Source: a virus
Taxonomy: Duplodnaviria > Caudoviricetes
Strand: one strand, 5' to 3'
Length of the DNA: 28,571 nucleotides
IMG/VR virus record: IMGVR_UViG_3300027205_000010
Location: 1-28,571 of that record
The translations under genes and the position numbers were made by a program. Of this stretch, positions 1 through 8,909 are shown in pieces; the first letter of the stretch is position 1; each line of letters begins with the position of its first letter. The notes under the pieces were generated by a model. That model made no database searches and had not been told where the DNA came from. It saw only the letters and a program-made list of their open reading frames with translations.

Positions 1-575
1 ATTAGTTCTTTGATTTTTTCAACCATTGCTTTTTCTTTCATATCTATATTTTTTGAATTCATTTCGTATCTGTCCGCAAAATAACCTTCAATAGAAAATC
101 CTTTTACTTCGCCTAATTTAACTTTGTTCCAAATTTCGTCGTTGTTTACTTTCATCGAAATCATCCAAGTTCCTTTTGGTAAATCAAACCCGTAATTTTT
201 GCTTTTGTCGTTTTGACCTTCAATAATCCAACTTTCGACCACTGACATTCCTTTTAACTTTTGGCTATGTTCTAACGTTGAATTATTTTGGTTTGCGTTC
301 ATTAAAAACAACTCACTTGCTTTTCGTATAGTTGCCTTTGAAAAATAAATATAATATTCGTCTTTTGTTTTGTCGTTTTTGCGGTAAATTTGTTTGTCGG
401 GAACTAAAGCTGGTCCCATTAAAATACGCTTTTCTGCGTCAACTTCTTTTAAAAGTATTTCGTGTTTTGACAAATGAATAAAATTTTCCTCTATGGCGGG
501 TGACATTACCACGCTTATTGCGTCAATCCCGCTTTGCTCGTCTTTTTCGTCTATAATTAGTTCAACTATTCGCAT
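1..575 (-). CDS. Prohead serine protease (XkdF-like), N-terminal part; continues across the circular junction to 28077 (306 aa total)
   Basis: Not in the ORF track. Manual translation from ATG 575: MRIVELIIDEKDEQSGIDAISVVMSPAIEENF...KRILMGPALVP...STLEH...VVESWI...GTWMISMKV...VKGFSIEGYF. His (LEH) and Ser (GFS) motifs are typical of XkdF/HK97-like prohead proteases. In frame with 28077..28484 through the end overlap. Confidence 0.85.
   Translation of the reverse strand, partial: MRIVELIIDEKDEQSGIDAISVVMSPAIEENFIHLSKHEILLKEVDAEKRILMGPALVPDKQIYRKNDKTKDEYYIYFSKATIRKASELFLMNANQNNSTLEHSQKLKGMSVVESWIIEGQNDKSKNYGFDLPKGTWMISMKVNNDEIWNKVKLGEVKGFSIEGYFADRYEMNSKNIDMKEKAMVEKIKEL
24..149. repeat. Terminal direct repeat, left copy (126 bp; circular assembly overlap)
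   Basis: Identical to 28446-28571. Positions 1-23 align to 28423-28445 with 7 mismatches. Confidence 0.95.
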
Positions 576-606
576 AAATATATAATTAAAGTTTTTCTAA
601 ATTGTT
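576..606 (-). promoter_or_regulatory. Putative phage late promoter A (AACAA-N13-TAATTATA-N5-ATG)
   Basis: Minus strand AACAA tttagaaaaactt TAATTATA tattt ATG(575). Same spacing at three other late gene starts. Confidence 0.75.
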
Positions 607-2984
607 GCATTATTTATTCGGTTACGCTCCAACGCTTGTGCGCTTGTCATTTCGGAACTAACAACGTAGGCTTGTACGGGTTTTTGTTGCAGTTGTGCTA
701 ATTGATTCATTCCGTTATTACCTACAACGTTAAATTGTGGTGCTTGTACCGCACCGCCAACACCACCACCACCACCACCGCCACTACTTGCGCTTGGTTC
801 TGCTCCTCCTTCAAATTGTGATTCTTTTATTTTCTTGATATTTATTAAACCCGCCGCAATCGCTCCCGCCGCCGCTAAAGGCGCTAATACTGGTCCGACA
901 ACGGGAACTCCAATAGTTGACTTATAAGCACTTTGAGCGCTCATATAAGTATCAATTGTCGCAGTTGCTATATTAGAAGCCTTTTGAACGTTAAACGCCC
1001 TTTTTTGACTTGCTTTACTTTTACCCGCAAATAGTTCTGCTATGTTTGCAATAGATGTTAAACCGCCTTTAACTGCGTCTAATTGTTTGTTTAATAATTC
1101 TTGTTTTTTATTTTTTGCGTCTTCGTCTAACTTTGCAATTTCTTTATTCGTTTTTTCGGTTAATGCTATTTTAGCCGTTTCATATTGTTCTTGAGTTAAT
1201 AATTTTAAATCATAATCGCTTGTTAACTTTTCTAAATCTAAAACCGCTTTTTGGTCTATTGCTTGACGTGCTAATTCTTCTTCGCTTAAAACAATTAAAT
1301 TGTAATTTTTTATCGCTTCAATTTCTTTTTGTCGTTGAGCTTCTTTAATCGCTTCTTCTTCGGCTAAATATTTTGCGTCAATTGCTTTTAATGCTTCTTG
1401 GTGTTCCGTAGTTAGTTTTTCAATATCCGTTGCAAGTAAACTTTCAGCATCGAATTTTTGCATTAAAACTAATTTTTCATAGTCTTGTTTACTTAAATCA
1501 ATTTCTTGTTGTTTTAACCAATCTTCGTCCTCTTTTTTAATTCGTTCTTGAGTATATTTGTCACGGATTTTTTGTTCGTCTATGCCTTGTTGAATAACAT
1601 CTTGTGCAATTAATTCGTCGGCTTGTTTCTTTTTTACACTTCCTTCTTTAACTTGCTTTTCTAAATCTGTTTTTTTACGCTCGTATTGAACTCTAATTAA
1701 CTCAAGTTCTTTTTCTTGTCCGTCTGCTAAAGATTTTAATTTTGCGTCTTCTATTTCCCTTGAAATATTTTTAACTTCTTTAACTTCTTTTTTCGCATCG
1801 TCTAATTTTTGTTTTGCTCGGTCTCTCGAATCTTTTGCGTGTTCCGCTTCTAAAATTGCTAAATCATTTTGGGAATCTAACAATGATTTTTGTGCGGTTT
1901 GATTTTCGTTAAGTATTTTTGTTTCTTTTTCGGTTAATTTTGCTAAGTCTTCTTTTAATATGTTTATTGTGTTTCGATTTAAAGCGTCATCTTTTAGAGA
2001 TTTAGCAAATTGAATTTGCCATTCTAAATCTGCTTTTTGTTGTGCTTGTGTTGCCTTTACTGATTGATATTGTAAATATGTGGTTCTAATTAATCCTTGT
2101 TGATAAGAAATAGCGCCTTTTATTCTTGTTCGTTCTAATTCATAGGTGTCTTTTCCTTGTGCTTTTAATAAAGCAATTTGCCTTCCAATAGCATCGTCTT
2201 CTTTTGTATATGATTTTAATTTTTTTGCGTTTGCCTTGTCAAATGCAATAATTTGGTCGTCTAACGCTTTTGTTTTTGCTTCGGCAATTGCCTTTGATTT
2301 TGAGTTGGCTTCGTCTTCGGCAAAACTTGTTAATCCAATCCAATCGCCAAAATCTTTTAACAATTGTATTGCGCCACTTATTGGCGTCATTAACATTTCA
2401 AAATTTGCAATTAATAAACCAACGCCAACAACTAAAGCGCCTATTCCAGTTCCAATCATTGCAAGTCTAAACAACTTCATTGCACCCGTTGACGTTCCAA
2501 CAACTGCGGTATATACTCCCGTTGCTACGCTTAACGCCGTTGTTTTTACGGCATCAACCCCTTTCATAAATGCGCTTTCCTTTTGTAACGCATTTTGTAC
2601 TTGTTGAACTCCATTTGCCAAAGCCATTGCGCCTTGAACTTTCAACATTGCTTTTTGTAAGTTTTCATTTTCAGAACCCGCCAAAGCCATTGCACCTTGT
2701 ACCGCTTCGAATCCACCCGTAACCGCACTAAGTCCGCCTAAAGCAATATCTACTTTTCCCGTGTCGGACGCAAAGTTTTTAACTTGTTGGTTTAAGTCTC
2801 CGATTTTATCTTGTAACTTACCCGCTTCGGCTACTAACTCCTTGAAACCTTCCGAACCTTCGTCCATTGTTCCAAGTTGCTCCTTCATTTCCCTTAATTG
2901 TTGTTTAAGGGTTTTCGTTTTTTCGGTTACTTGGTCGAAACCACTTTCTTTAACCTCAAGTTCAATTGTTCTTTTTTCAGCCAT
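597..2984 (-). CDS. Tape-measure-like protein (795 aa)
   Basis: Long coiled-coil Ala/Gln/Lys/Glu-rich protein with hydrophobic Gly/Ala segments (TGIGALVVGVGLLIANF; PVVGPVLAPLAAAGAIAAG). Last gene of the tail cluster. Confidence 0.7.
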   Translation of the reverse strand: MAEKRTIELEVKESGFDQVTEKTKTLKQQLREMKEQLGTMDEGSEGFKELVAEAGKLQDKIGDLNQQVKNFASDTGKVDIALGGLSAVTGGFEAVQGAMALAGSENENLQKAMLKVQGAMALANGVQQVQNALQKESAFMKGVDAVKTTALSVATGVYTAVVGTSTGAMKLFRLAMIGTGIGALVVGVGLLIANFEMLMTPISGAIQLLKDFGDWIGLTSFAEDEANSKSKAIAEAKTKALDDQIIAFDKANAKKLKSYTKEDDAIGRQIALLKAQGKDTYELERTRIKGAISYQQGLIRTTYLQYQSVKATQAQQKADLEWQIQFAKSLKDDALNRNTINILKEDLAKLTEKETKILNENQTAQKSLLDSQNDLAILEAEHAKDSRDRAKQKLDDAKKEVKEVKNISREIEDAKLKSLADGQEKELELIRVQYERKKTDLEKQVKEGSVKKKQADELIAQDVIQQGIDEQKIRDKYTQERIKKEDEDWLKQQEIDLSKQDYEKLVLMQKFDAESLLATDIEKLTTEHQEALKAIDAKYLAEEEAIKEAQRQKEIEAIKNYNLIVLSEEELARQAIDQKAVLDLEKLTSDYDLKLLTQEQYETAKIALTEKTNKEIAKLDEDAKNKKQELLNKQLDAVKGGLTSIANIAELFAGKSKASQKRAFNVQKASNIATATIDTYMSAQSAYKSTIGVPVVGPVLAPLAAAGAIAAGLINIKKIKESQFEGGAEPSASSGGGGGGGVGGAVQAPQFNVVGNNGMNQLAQLQQKPVQAYVVSSEMTSAQALERNRINNATI

Positions 2985-3139
2985 TATTTTTTATAATTAT
3001 AAATTATTTGTCGCTTTGCTTTTTTCCAACCTTGTTTTATTGTTATGGCTAAATTGTATTTTCCTTTTGCTATTTCTATATTTTCGGTTTGCCCGTAATG
3101 TTCGGACGATTCCAAAAGTTGAATTATTAGTGCTATCAT
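2984..3139 (-). CDS. Small hypothetical protein (51 aa, MIALIIQLLESSEHYGQTENIEIAKGKY...)
   Basis: Manual translation. Fills the gap exactly, with TAATG stop/start overlaps at both ends. Confidence 0.7.
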   Translation of the reverse strand: MIALIIQLLESSEHYGQTENIEIAKGKYNLAITIKQGWKKAKRQIIYNYKK

Positions 3140-3732
3140 TACCCGATTCGATTAAAGGTTGCAATTACCGAAGGCGTTGCGGGGTGTAACGCTTGTTCCG
3201 ATTCCGTTTGTAATTGTATTGTTTCAACGGACGGCATCCACATAATTTCTATGTAATCGTTTTCGCTCATAGCTAAAACAAAATTCCAAGAAGCCACCAT
3301 ATAATGCGAATTATTCGCAATTGTTATTCTTGTGTTTGAGTTGTCTATATTAACCCCGTTCAACGAAAACCAAATGTCAACGCTCGCTTCTATTCCACCC
3401 GACGTTCTATAAAGTTGAGCGGAAAACTGAACGTTAAATACTCCCGTTTGATTAGTTGTTATTTTGGTAAAATCTACGATTGAACAATCATTTGCTAAAA
3501 CATTATTTCGCAATCGCATAGGCGTTGGCGTATTCGCTAAAGTCGTTTGCGTTTGCGTATCGTAGAACGAACCCGTAACGTTTCCGTTAAAAACTCCGTC
3601 TCGAATTAAATACCCTTTTATTTTCTTTGTTCTATAAGTTTCACTCATTGCGTCAAACTCGGAAACACACGCTAAATCTTCATAATCTAAAGCGGTTGTT
3701 TTTTCTATCATTTCACTAAACTTGATTGCCAT
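3139..3732 (-). CDS. Putative tail fibre / receptor-binding protein with C1q/TNF-like beta domain
   Basis: C-terminal pattern GVFNVQFSAQL...VDIWFSLNG...WNFVL...DYIEIMW resembles C1q/BclA-C jelly-roll domains. Lies in the tail cluster. Confidence 0.55.
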   Translation of the reverse strand: MAIKFSEMIEKTTALDYEDLACVSEFDAMSETYRTKKIKGYLIRDGVFNGNVTGSFYDTQTQTTLANTPTPMRLRNNVLANDCSIVDFTKITTNQTGVFNVQFSAQLYRTSGGIEASVDIWFSLNGVNIDNSNTRITIANNSHYMVASWNFVLAMSENDYIEIMWMPSVETIQLQTESEQALHPATPSVIATFNRIG

Positions 3733-3733
3733 T

Positions 3734-5848
3734 TTATTCTATAATTAAGTTAATACTATCTTCAGTTTGCATTTGTATATTGTCTTCCGTTATTATTCCG
3801 CCTTCTTGTGGTTCGGGTAATATTGGAATAAAATCATTTAATAAATTAAATATTGTTTCGCCCGTTGTTAGATTCGTTTTAAAGTCGTTTATAATGTAAC
3901 GCTTGTCCCTTATAATAAGCCTATCGTTTAATTGTAACGACGTTAAAATTGAAATAGGTAATACCGCCTTAACGTTTGTTAATCGGTTCTTAGGGTCATA
4001 CAAATTTGCTAAATAATCAAAGTAATAAGTTGCAAACAAACTTTGTTGAATCGGTATACCTAAGTAAGTTGATGTTTCTGGCGAAAAGTTTAACGAGTAA
4101 TCTATACCGCCAACGTTTGTATCTTGTCCAAATATTTGAACTGAATTACAAACTGCCGTTCCCGTTGAATCTTTTATATAAATTGGATTTGTTGCAACTA
4201 CGTCTTGTCCATAATATAAAATGCAAGGCTTCGGAATATAAGGCGATAAAGCGCTATTAATTGAAAATCCAACTTGTACGTTTGTCCCCGTGTACTTACT
4301 AAACATTAAGTTTTCAAAAGGAACATCTATATTTAATTCGCCTCCGTCGTAAGGGTAAGGTTGCTCCGTGTTTCCGTATTCTTTTAAACCAATTTGTAAA
4401 TAATATTTATTCGTAATTGATTCGCTCGGTTGATACCTAAAAGAAATCTTTTTGTAAAGTTTTACTCTTTCAATATCTATGCTTGTCGAATCCGTAAAAG
4501 TTGTTATGTCGAAAACATTTCCCGAAGCGTACCAATAATTTAAAGTCTCAACTAAAAATTCGTTTGGTGTATTTGTTCCCGTACACGTTAAATTAAATTC
4601 TTTGAGTAACCCCGAAAAGAAATCCGAAACTTTTATATCGGGTGCGTTTCTTTGTAAAGATGTCGTTGGGAATAATGGCAAAGGTGCAACGTTAAAATTT
4701 GCAAAAGCAAAAGGTAACCCCGATATTGAATAATAGTAAAAATATAATAAAGTAAAATCTAAAATTACTATTCCCGTTGACCTTGCTTGGAAAAAGTAAG
4801 TGTTGTTTAACCCTAAAGTATCTGGTACATTTACAACGTCAAAACTTGCCCCCGTTCCATCGCCTAAAACTGATTGTACTAAATTTCCATTCAAATAAAC
4901 ATCAACATAAAAAGGTACTATTGTAGGTGTTATTAAAGCTAATTTTACCGAGTGCGAAGCTCCAACCGAACCCGCATTACTTGTTGCTTGAATGCTTATT
5001 GTATTGTTTACGTTACTAACAAAAGTTGACATTGCAACCCCGTTTGGAAAAGTTCCCGTTTGACTTACAAAGTTGGTTATGTTTAAAGTTGTAGGCGTTG
5101 ACATTATTTCGAAGCGGTCTCGGTTTTTATACCACAAGTAAGCGTTTTTAAAATTGTCCGTTAAAAAGAAATTACTACTAAAAGTTATTCCATAACGCAA
5201 CTCTATTAACTGCATTATTCTACTCAACCTTAATGCGGGAAATAGTTCGCTTATATCTATTGCTCCTAATAAAGTGTCTATTTCACTTGCCGTTCCTAAA
5301 TTAAACCAAGACGGGGGCGTACCACTTGCGGGGGTTGCGTTATATTTCCAAAATTCTCCAGAACTAATTAACGGGTAAGCTATGTCCGTAAATCCTAAAA
5401 GACCTTCAATAAAGAATTGAATCGTTGGTAAATTTACGGCTTGGTCAACGCTTGAATAGTCCAAGTCGCTTAACTTGTCTTCGCCAAATAAATCTTTTAA
5501 ACTCGTTAATTGCCCGTAAAAAGTAATCGTGTAATTTTCAACTTGTCCGTTCTTTACGTTTGACTTTTCTAACTGAATCCGTCCACGTCTAAACGTAGTC
5601 ATATCAATTTCAATATATCCGTCTTTTCGTTCTTGAAAGTTATAAGTGCCGTCTACGTCCGATTGGTAAAAGTGCTGAAAGATTGCGTTGTTTCGTGTTG
5701 TCGCTGGAATCGTAAACGCTTGGGAAAAGTCCGTGCTTGTTTTAGAAATATCCGCTATGTTTTGAACGCTCGAATTTACTTCAATAGTTTCGTCGTTGAA
5801 TAAATCTATTTGTTGCCCTTCGATAAAAACCCTTACTTCCCTTTTCAT
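3734..5848 (-). CDS. Large tail structural protein (tail tip/hub-like, 704 aa)
   Basis: N-terminus IDLFNDETIEVNSSVQNIADISK..TDFSQAFTIPAT..NN.IF, beta-rich centre, C-terminal LNDRLII...YIIN; position in tail cluster. Confidence 0.6.
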   Translation of the reverse strand: MKREVRVFIEGQQIDLFNDETIEVNSSVQNIADISKTSTDFSQAFTIPATTRNNAIFQHFYQSDVDGTYNFQERKDGYIEIDMTTFRRGRIQLEKSNVKNGQVENYTITFYGQLTSLKDLFGEDKLSDLDYSSVDQAVNLPTIQFFIEGLLGFTDIAYPLISSGEFWKYNATPASGTPPSWFNLGTASEIDTLLGAIDISELFPALRLSRIMQLIELRYGITFSSNFFLTDNFKNAYLWYKNRDRFEIMSTPTTLNITNFVSQTGTFPNGVAMSTFVSNVNNTISIQATSNAGSVGASHSVKLALITPTIVPFYVDVYLNGNLVQSVLGDGTGASFDVVNVPDTLGLNNTYFFQARSTGIVILDFTLLYFYYYSISGLPFAFANFNVAPLPLFPTTSLQRNAPDIKVSDFFSGLLKEFNLTCTGTNTPNEFLVETLNYWYASGNVFDITTFTDSTSIDIERVKLYKKISFRYQPSESITNKYYLQIGLKEYGNTEQPYPYDGGELNIDVPFENLMFSKYTGTNVQVGFSINSALSPYIPKPCILYYGQDVVATNPIYIKDSTGTAVCNSVQIFGQDTNVGGIDYSLNFSPETSTYLGIPIQQSLFATYYFDYLANLYDPKNRLTNVKAVLPISILTSLQLNDRLIIRDKRYIINDFKTNLTTGETIFNLLNDFIPILPEPQEGGIITEDNIQMQTEDSINLIIE

Positions 5849-6966
5849 TAAATTACATTGTTTATTACATCAAACGCCATTTCAAAATCTAAAGAATAAT
5901 TTATCTTTTTGTTGTTTATGTTTTTTTCCTTGTTAACGCTTTTCGTGTTTATTCTTATTGGTAGTTTCGTGTTTCCCTTCGTCCATAAAACCCGCTCACT
6001 AAGTAAAAGTTGTTGCAAGTTTTCGTTAAAAGTTTCATCTACCCAACCCGAATTCACTTTGTATTTTATATTTCCGTTGTTGTTAAAAATTTGTTTTTGT
6101 CCTTGCTTAACGTCGTAAGTCAAAGCGTCGATTGTCATCATAAAATTATAAGGGGTGCTTTGAACTTCTAAATTTTCAAAACTTGCCTTAAAAAATGTTT
6201 CCCGTTGCCAACCCCCGTATTTATTTATAAAGTCCAAAACTATTGGTTCATATTTACATTCCGTAACGGGTCTAAAATATCCAGTCCAAAAAGTAAACGA
6301 AAAAGGTGTTGGAGCGGTTGAAAATTTAACTTTTGCACCTTCCGAAATCATTGATGGCGGAACTCTAAAAAAATCGAACGCCCTTGAACTCGTCGCTGAA
6401 AAAGTAAATATTGTTCCCGTTTGTAAACCCGTGTATTCAACAATAAAATTAATAGGCAAGTAAGCCGTAATTGTTCCCGCTAAACTTTCAGCCGTTGTTG
6501 GGTAAGCGGGGTCGTAATAATAGTTGTAATCCATTTCTTCGGACAAAACAACCGCTTGTCCAAAAGAATAGTCGGGGTTAATTCCCGTTTCATAATAACC
6601 GAATCCGTCAAACGCTCGGTAAGTTGCGTTAAATTGCGCAACATAATTACCGCCAATTAAATTGTAAGTATAAATATCAACTAAAGTGTATTCTTCGTAA
6701 GGCGTTAATTGTAAGTTCGTGTTTGCGTTGTCGGGACTTGTTGGGTGCGTTATGTTTTCCCGAATGTAGGGACTTAGATTATAAAGCGTAACCGTGTTGT
6801 TTGAAGCGGGTATTAATTTGCTTAACGTGTAAGTTGGTGTTGCGGGTGGTAAGGCGTTTGCCTTGTAAATAAATATTTCGACTTTTGAACCCGTTTGCGT
6901 TGCATCGTCAACTTCGATTATAAAAGGACTGCGAACGAAAATGTGGTCTTGATTAGGTAACGCCAT
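5848..6966 (-). CDS. Tail structural protein (372 aa)
   Basis: RSPF N-terminus and FINKYGGWQ...NSGWV motifs; aromatic, beta-rich; coupled to the next gene. Confidence 0.55.
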   Translation of the reverse strand: MALPNQDHIFVRSPFIIEVDDATQTGSKVEIFIYKANALPPATPTYTLSKLIPASNNTVTLYNLSPYIRENITHPTSPDNANTNLQLTPYEEYTLVDIYTYNLIGGNYVAQFNATYRAFDGFGYYETGINPDYSFGQAVVLSEEMDYNYYYDPAYPTTAESLAGTITAYLPINFIVEYTGLQTGTIFTFSATSSRAFDFFRVPPSMISEGAKVKFSTAPTPFSFTFWTGYFRPVTECKYEPIVLDFINKYGGWQRETFFKASFENLEVQSTPYNFMMTIDALTYDVKQGQKQIFNNNGNIKYKVNSGWVDETFNENLQQLLLSERVLWTKGNTKLPIRINTKSVNKEKNINNKKINYSLDFEMAFDVINNVI

Positions 6967-6968
6967 TG

Positions 6969-7511
6969 TTATATGTTTTTAAAATTTTCTTTCATTATTG
7001 TATCAAATGTTTCTTCGGCTTCTAAGCCATACGCTTCAATCATTTCGTCGGGTAAATTCTTAAATGCTTTTTCGAAAGGCGTGGTAAAAAATAAACTCCT
7101 TGATATACCTTGTCTAAAAACACTTTCACGAACTGCGAACGGACTTAACCCCTTTGAGTTTGCCCATTGTTCAAAATGCTTAACGCTTGGTTTGTTTCCT
7201 ATCTTAAAACTAAAAGGACTGCCTTTACCTTTTTGTTTCCACATTTTGCCCTTGTTGTTCGTCTTTTTAAACTTGCTTGTTGTTGACCTTACGCCACCCG
7301 CACCCATAACCCCTTGGTCTTGATAAAATCCGTATTCTTCCATATCAAAATACAAGCGCAAAGAATTTGGCATTACTTGTATTTCGCCTTTAATAGATTC
7401 GTATAATTTGCGGGTGTGGTTCTTTTTTAACTTGCTTAAATTGCTTCGTGCTTGTTGTATAACGTAGTCCCGAAATTGCTCAAGAATTATTTGTTGTTCG
7501 GCTTTTTCCAT
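6969..7511 (-). CDS. Putative neck/tail-completion protein (180 aa)
   Basis: Basic protein with LYESI...YGFYQDQGV...GI...FFTTPF pattern, reminiscent of gpZ/gp10-like morphogenesis proteins; context. Confidence 0.45.
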   Translation of the reverse strand: MEKAEQQIILEQFRDYVIQQARSNLSKLKKNHTRKLYESIKGEIQVMPNSLRLYFDMEEYGFYQDQGVMGAGGVRSTTSKFKKTNNKGKMWKQKGKGSPFSFKIGNKPSVKHFEQWANSKGLSPFAVRESVFRQGISRSLFFTTPFEKAFKNLPDEMIEAYGLEAEETFDTIMKENFKNI

Positions 7512-7512
7512 T

Positions 7513-7968
7513 TTAACAAATCGTCATTTCGTTTGGTACTAAAACATCGAACGTCATCGTCCAACCGCTTAACAAGTTTTCGAATCGTTCCGTAAAAGGT
7601 TCGCAAGTTGGGTTTCCGTCTATTTGGAAAAGGTCGTATGCTAAACTTCCGTGTAACATAATATCGTAAGCTCGGTTTAAGATAGCTAACGTTGAGTTTA
7701 AAGCGTCTTGTGTATTATCGTTGCCTAAATATACATTCGTGTTTTCGTTCTTCGATATATCTACTAAATCCATTGCAATTAAAGAAATGTTAAAGCGCAA
7801 CACGTTTACTTCAAACGTACACGAATTAACCATAATGTGAACAAGTGGGAAAATAGTTTGTTTAGCTAAATCAACTTGGAAAATGTCTCCTTCGCTTACT
7901 GAGTTAACTAAAGCGTCTGCGTCAAAGTGCGCTTTTAGTTTGTCTATTGCCGTGTAAAATCCTATCAT
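7513..7968 (-). CDS. Putative tail terminator-like structural protein (151 aa)
   Basis: Acidic alpha/beta protein (FPLVHI...CEPFTERFENLLSGW); size and context. Confidence 0.45.
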   Translation of the reverse strand: MIGFYTAIDKLKAHFDADALVNSVSEGDIFQVDLAKQTIFPLVHIMVNSCTFEVNVLRFNISLIAMDLVDISKNENTNVYLGNDNTQDALNSTLAILNRAYDIMLHGSLAYDLFQIDGNPTCEPFTERFENLLSGWTMTFDVLVPNEMTIC

Positions 7969-8237
7969 TTTAAATACTTGTTAAGTTGTCGTTGTTCTAT
8001 TTCGTTTTTTTGTTTCTCAAAAGTTAAGTAGGTCAAACATTTAAGTAGTCCCATTGCGGTAACTTCGTCAAATTTTGTGACATCGCCTTTAGCGAGTGCA
8101 TAAATTGATTGATACCAACCCCATTGTTTTGAAAATTGTGTTGCTTCGCTAAAGTCTCCAATGCCTTCGGGTTCTTCGCTATCTCTTGTTCTAAATAAGC
8201 TATCGTACTTTGTAATAATTCGCTTCCTAAATTCCAA
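7965..8237 (-). CDS. -1 frameshift extension of the upstream chaperone (GT-like C-terminal part)
   Basis: The annotated TTG start lies inside the T9 slippery run. Overlaps the upstream gene in the -1 frame, and its TGA overlaps the next ATG. Confidence 0.7.
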   Translation of the reverse strand: MEFRKRIITKYDSLFRTRDSEEPEGIGDFSEATQFSKQWGWYQSIYALAKGDVTKFDEVTAMGLLKCLTYLTFEKQKNEIEQRQLNKYLK

Positions 8238-8725
8238 AAAAAAACCGACGAACTTAACACAACTCCGAGCGGTGCGAACTTCATTAAATCTGAAAATTCA
8301 GCAGTCCCAGTATAGTTAATAATTTCGTGTCCGTCTTTTCGTTTTAACTTTATTGGTCGGTACATTACCGCCATTGCTTTATGGTAAGTGTCCCAACTTT
8401 TTAAATTTTCCTCAAGGTCTACATATTCGCCAAAACTTATATTTTGCAGGTCGGGAATAAATCCGAACTCCATATCTTTAATTTTAAATGTCGGTGTAAA
8501 CTTCGGTGTATCTGAAAACAATTTATTAAAGTGAGCAACTAACTTTTGAACTTCGGTATATTTAATGTTTATAATTTCTTTTAATTCTATATCGCAAAAG
8601 ATTTGAATCATTTTTTCCGCTAACATTTCGTTGTCGGTTGTTGTTTCTTTTACCTTAATAAACTTTTGGTATTGTCCTAAGGTAATTTCGTTTAAGTCTG
8701 TTGGTATGGTTAATTCTAATTTCAT
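8033..8725 (-). CDS. Putative tail assembly chaperone (G-like, 230 aa)
   Basis: Start reassigned to ATG 8725 (MKLELTIP...), 5 nt after late promoter B. Contains the slippery GTT TTT TTT TGG (VFFW). Confidence 0.65.
   Translation of the reverse strand: MKLELTIPTDLNEITLGQYQKFIKVKETTTDNEMLAEKMIQIFCDIELKEIINIKYTEVQKLVAHFNKLFSDTPKFTPTFKIKDMEFGFIPDLQNISFGEYVDLEENLKSWDTYHKAMAVMYRPIKLKRKDGHEIINYTGTAEFSDLMKFAPLGVVLSSSVFFWNLGSELLQSTIAYLEQEIAKNPKALETLAKQHNFQNNGVGINQFMHSLKAMSQNLTKLPQWDYLNV
8236..8244 (-). other. Slippery sequence T9 (programmed -1 frameshift)
   Basis: Minus strand TCG GTT TTT TTT TGG. A -1 shift gives TTG GAA TTT AGG (LEFR...), open for 90 codons. Confidence 0.7.
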
Positions 8726-8756
8726 ATTTATATAATTAAGTTTTTCGTTTATTGTT
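8726..8756 (-). promoter_or_regulatory. Putative phage late promoter B
   Basis: AACAA taaacgaaaaact TAATTATA taaat ATG(8725). Confidence 0.75.
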
Positions 8757-8909
8757 ATATGCAACCGCTATTTCATAAGCGTATAAAAGCATTTCAAAAT
8801 GTAATACAAACTTTCGTGAATTGCTCATATTTATTTTAACCCTTACGCCTTTGCGTTGGTAAATGTATTCTTCTACAACGGCAATCATTACGTTTAAATC
8901 GTTTGTCAT
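8736..8909 (-). CDS. Small hypothetical protein (57 aa, MTNDLNVMIAVVEEYIYQRKGVRVKI...)
   Basis: Manual translation; ATGA overlap with the terminase stop. Confidence 0.65.
   Translation of the reverse strand: MTNDLNVMIAVVEEYIYQRKGVRVKINMSNSRKFVLHFEMLLYAYEIAVAYNNKRKT

Noticed and set aside
24-149. Terminal repeat as biological DTR or att sites
   Set aside because: It falls mid-gene and its length is k-mer-like; no integrase is present. Most likely an assembly overlap.
750-784. (CCA)n microsatellite
   Set aside because: It only encodes a poly-Gly linker in the tape-measure-like protein; in-frame, with no sign of phase variation.
2992-3747. TAATTATA boxes at 2992-2999 and 3740-3747 as extra late promoters
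   Set aside because: They lack AACAA at the 13-nt spacing and lie 7 nt rather than 5 nt from the ATG.
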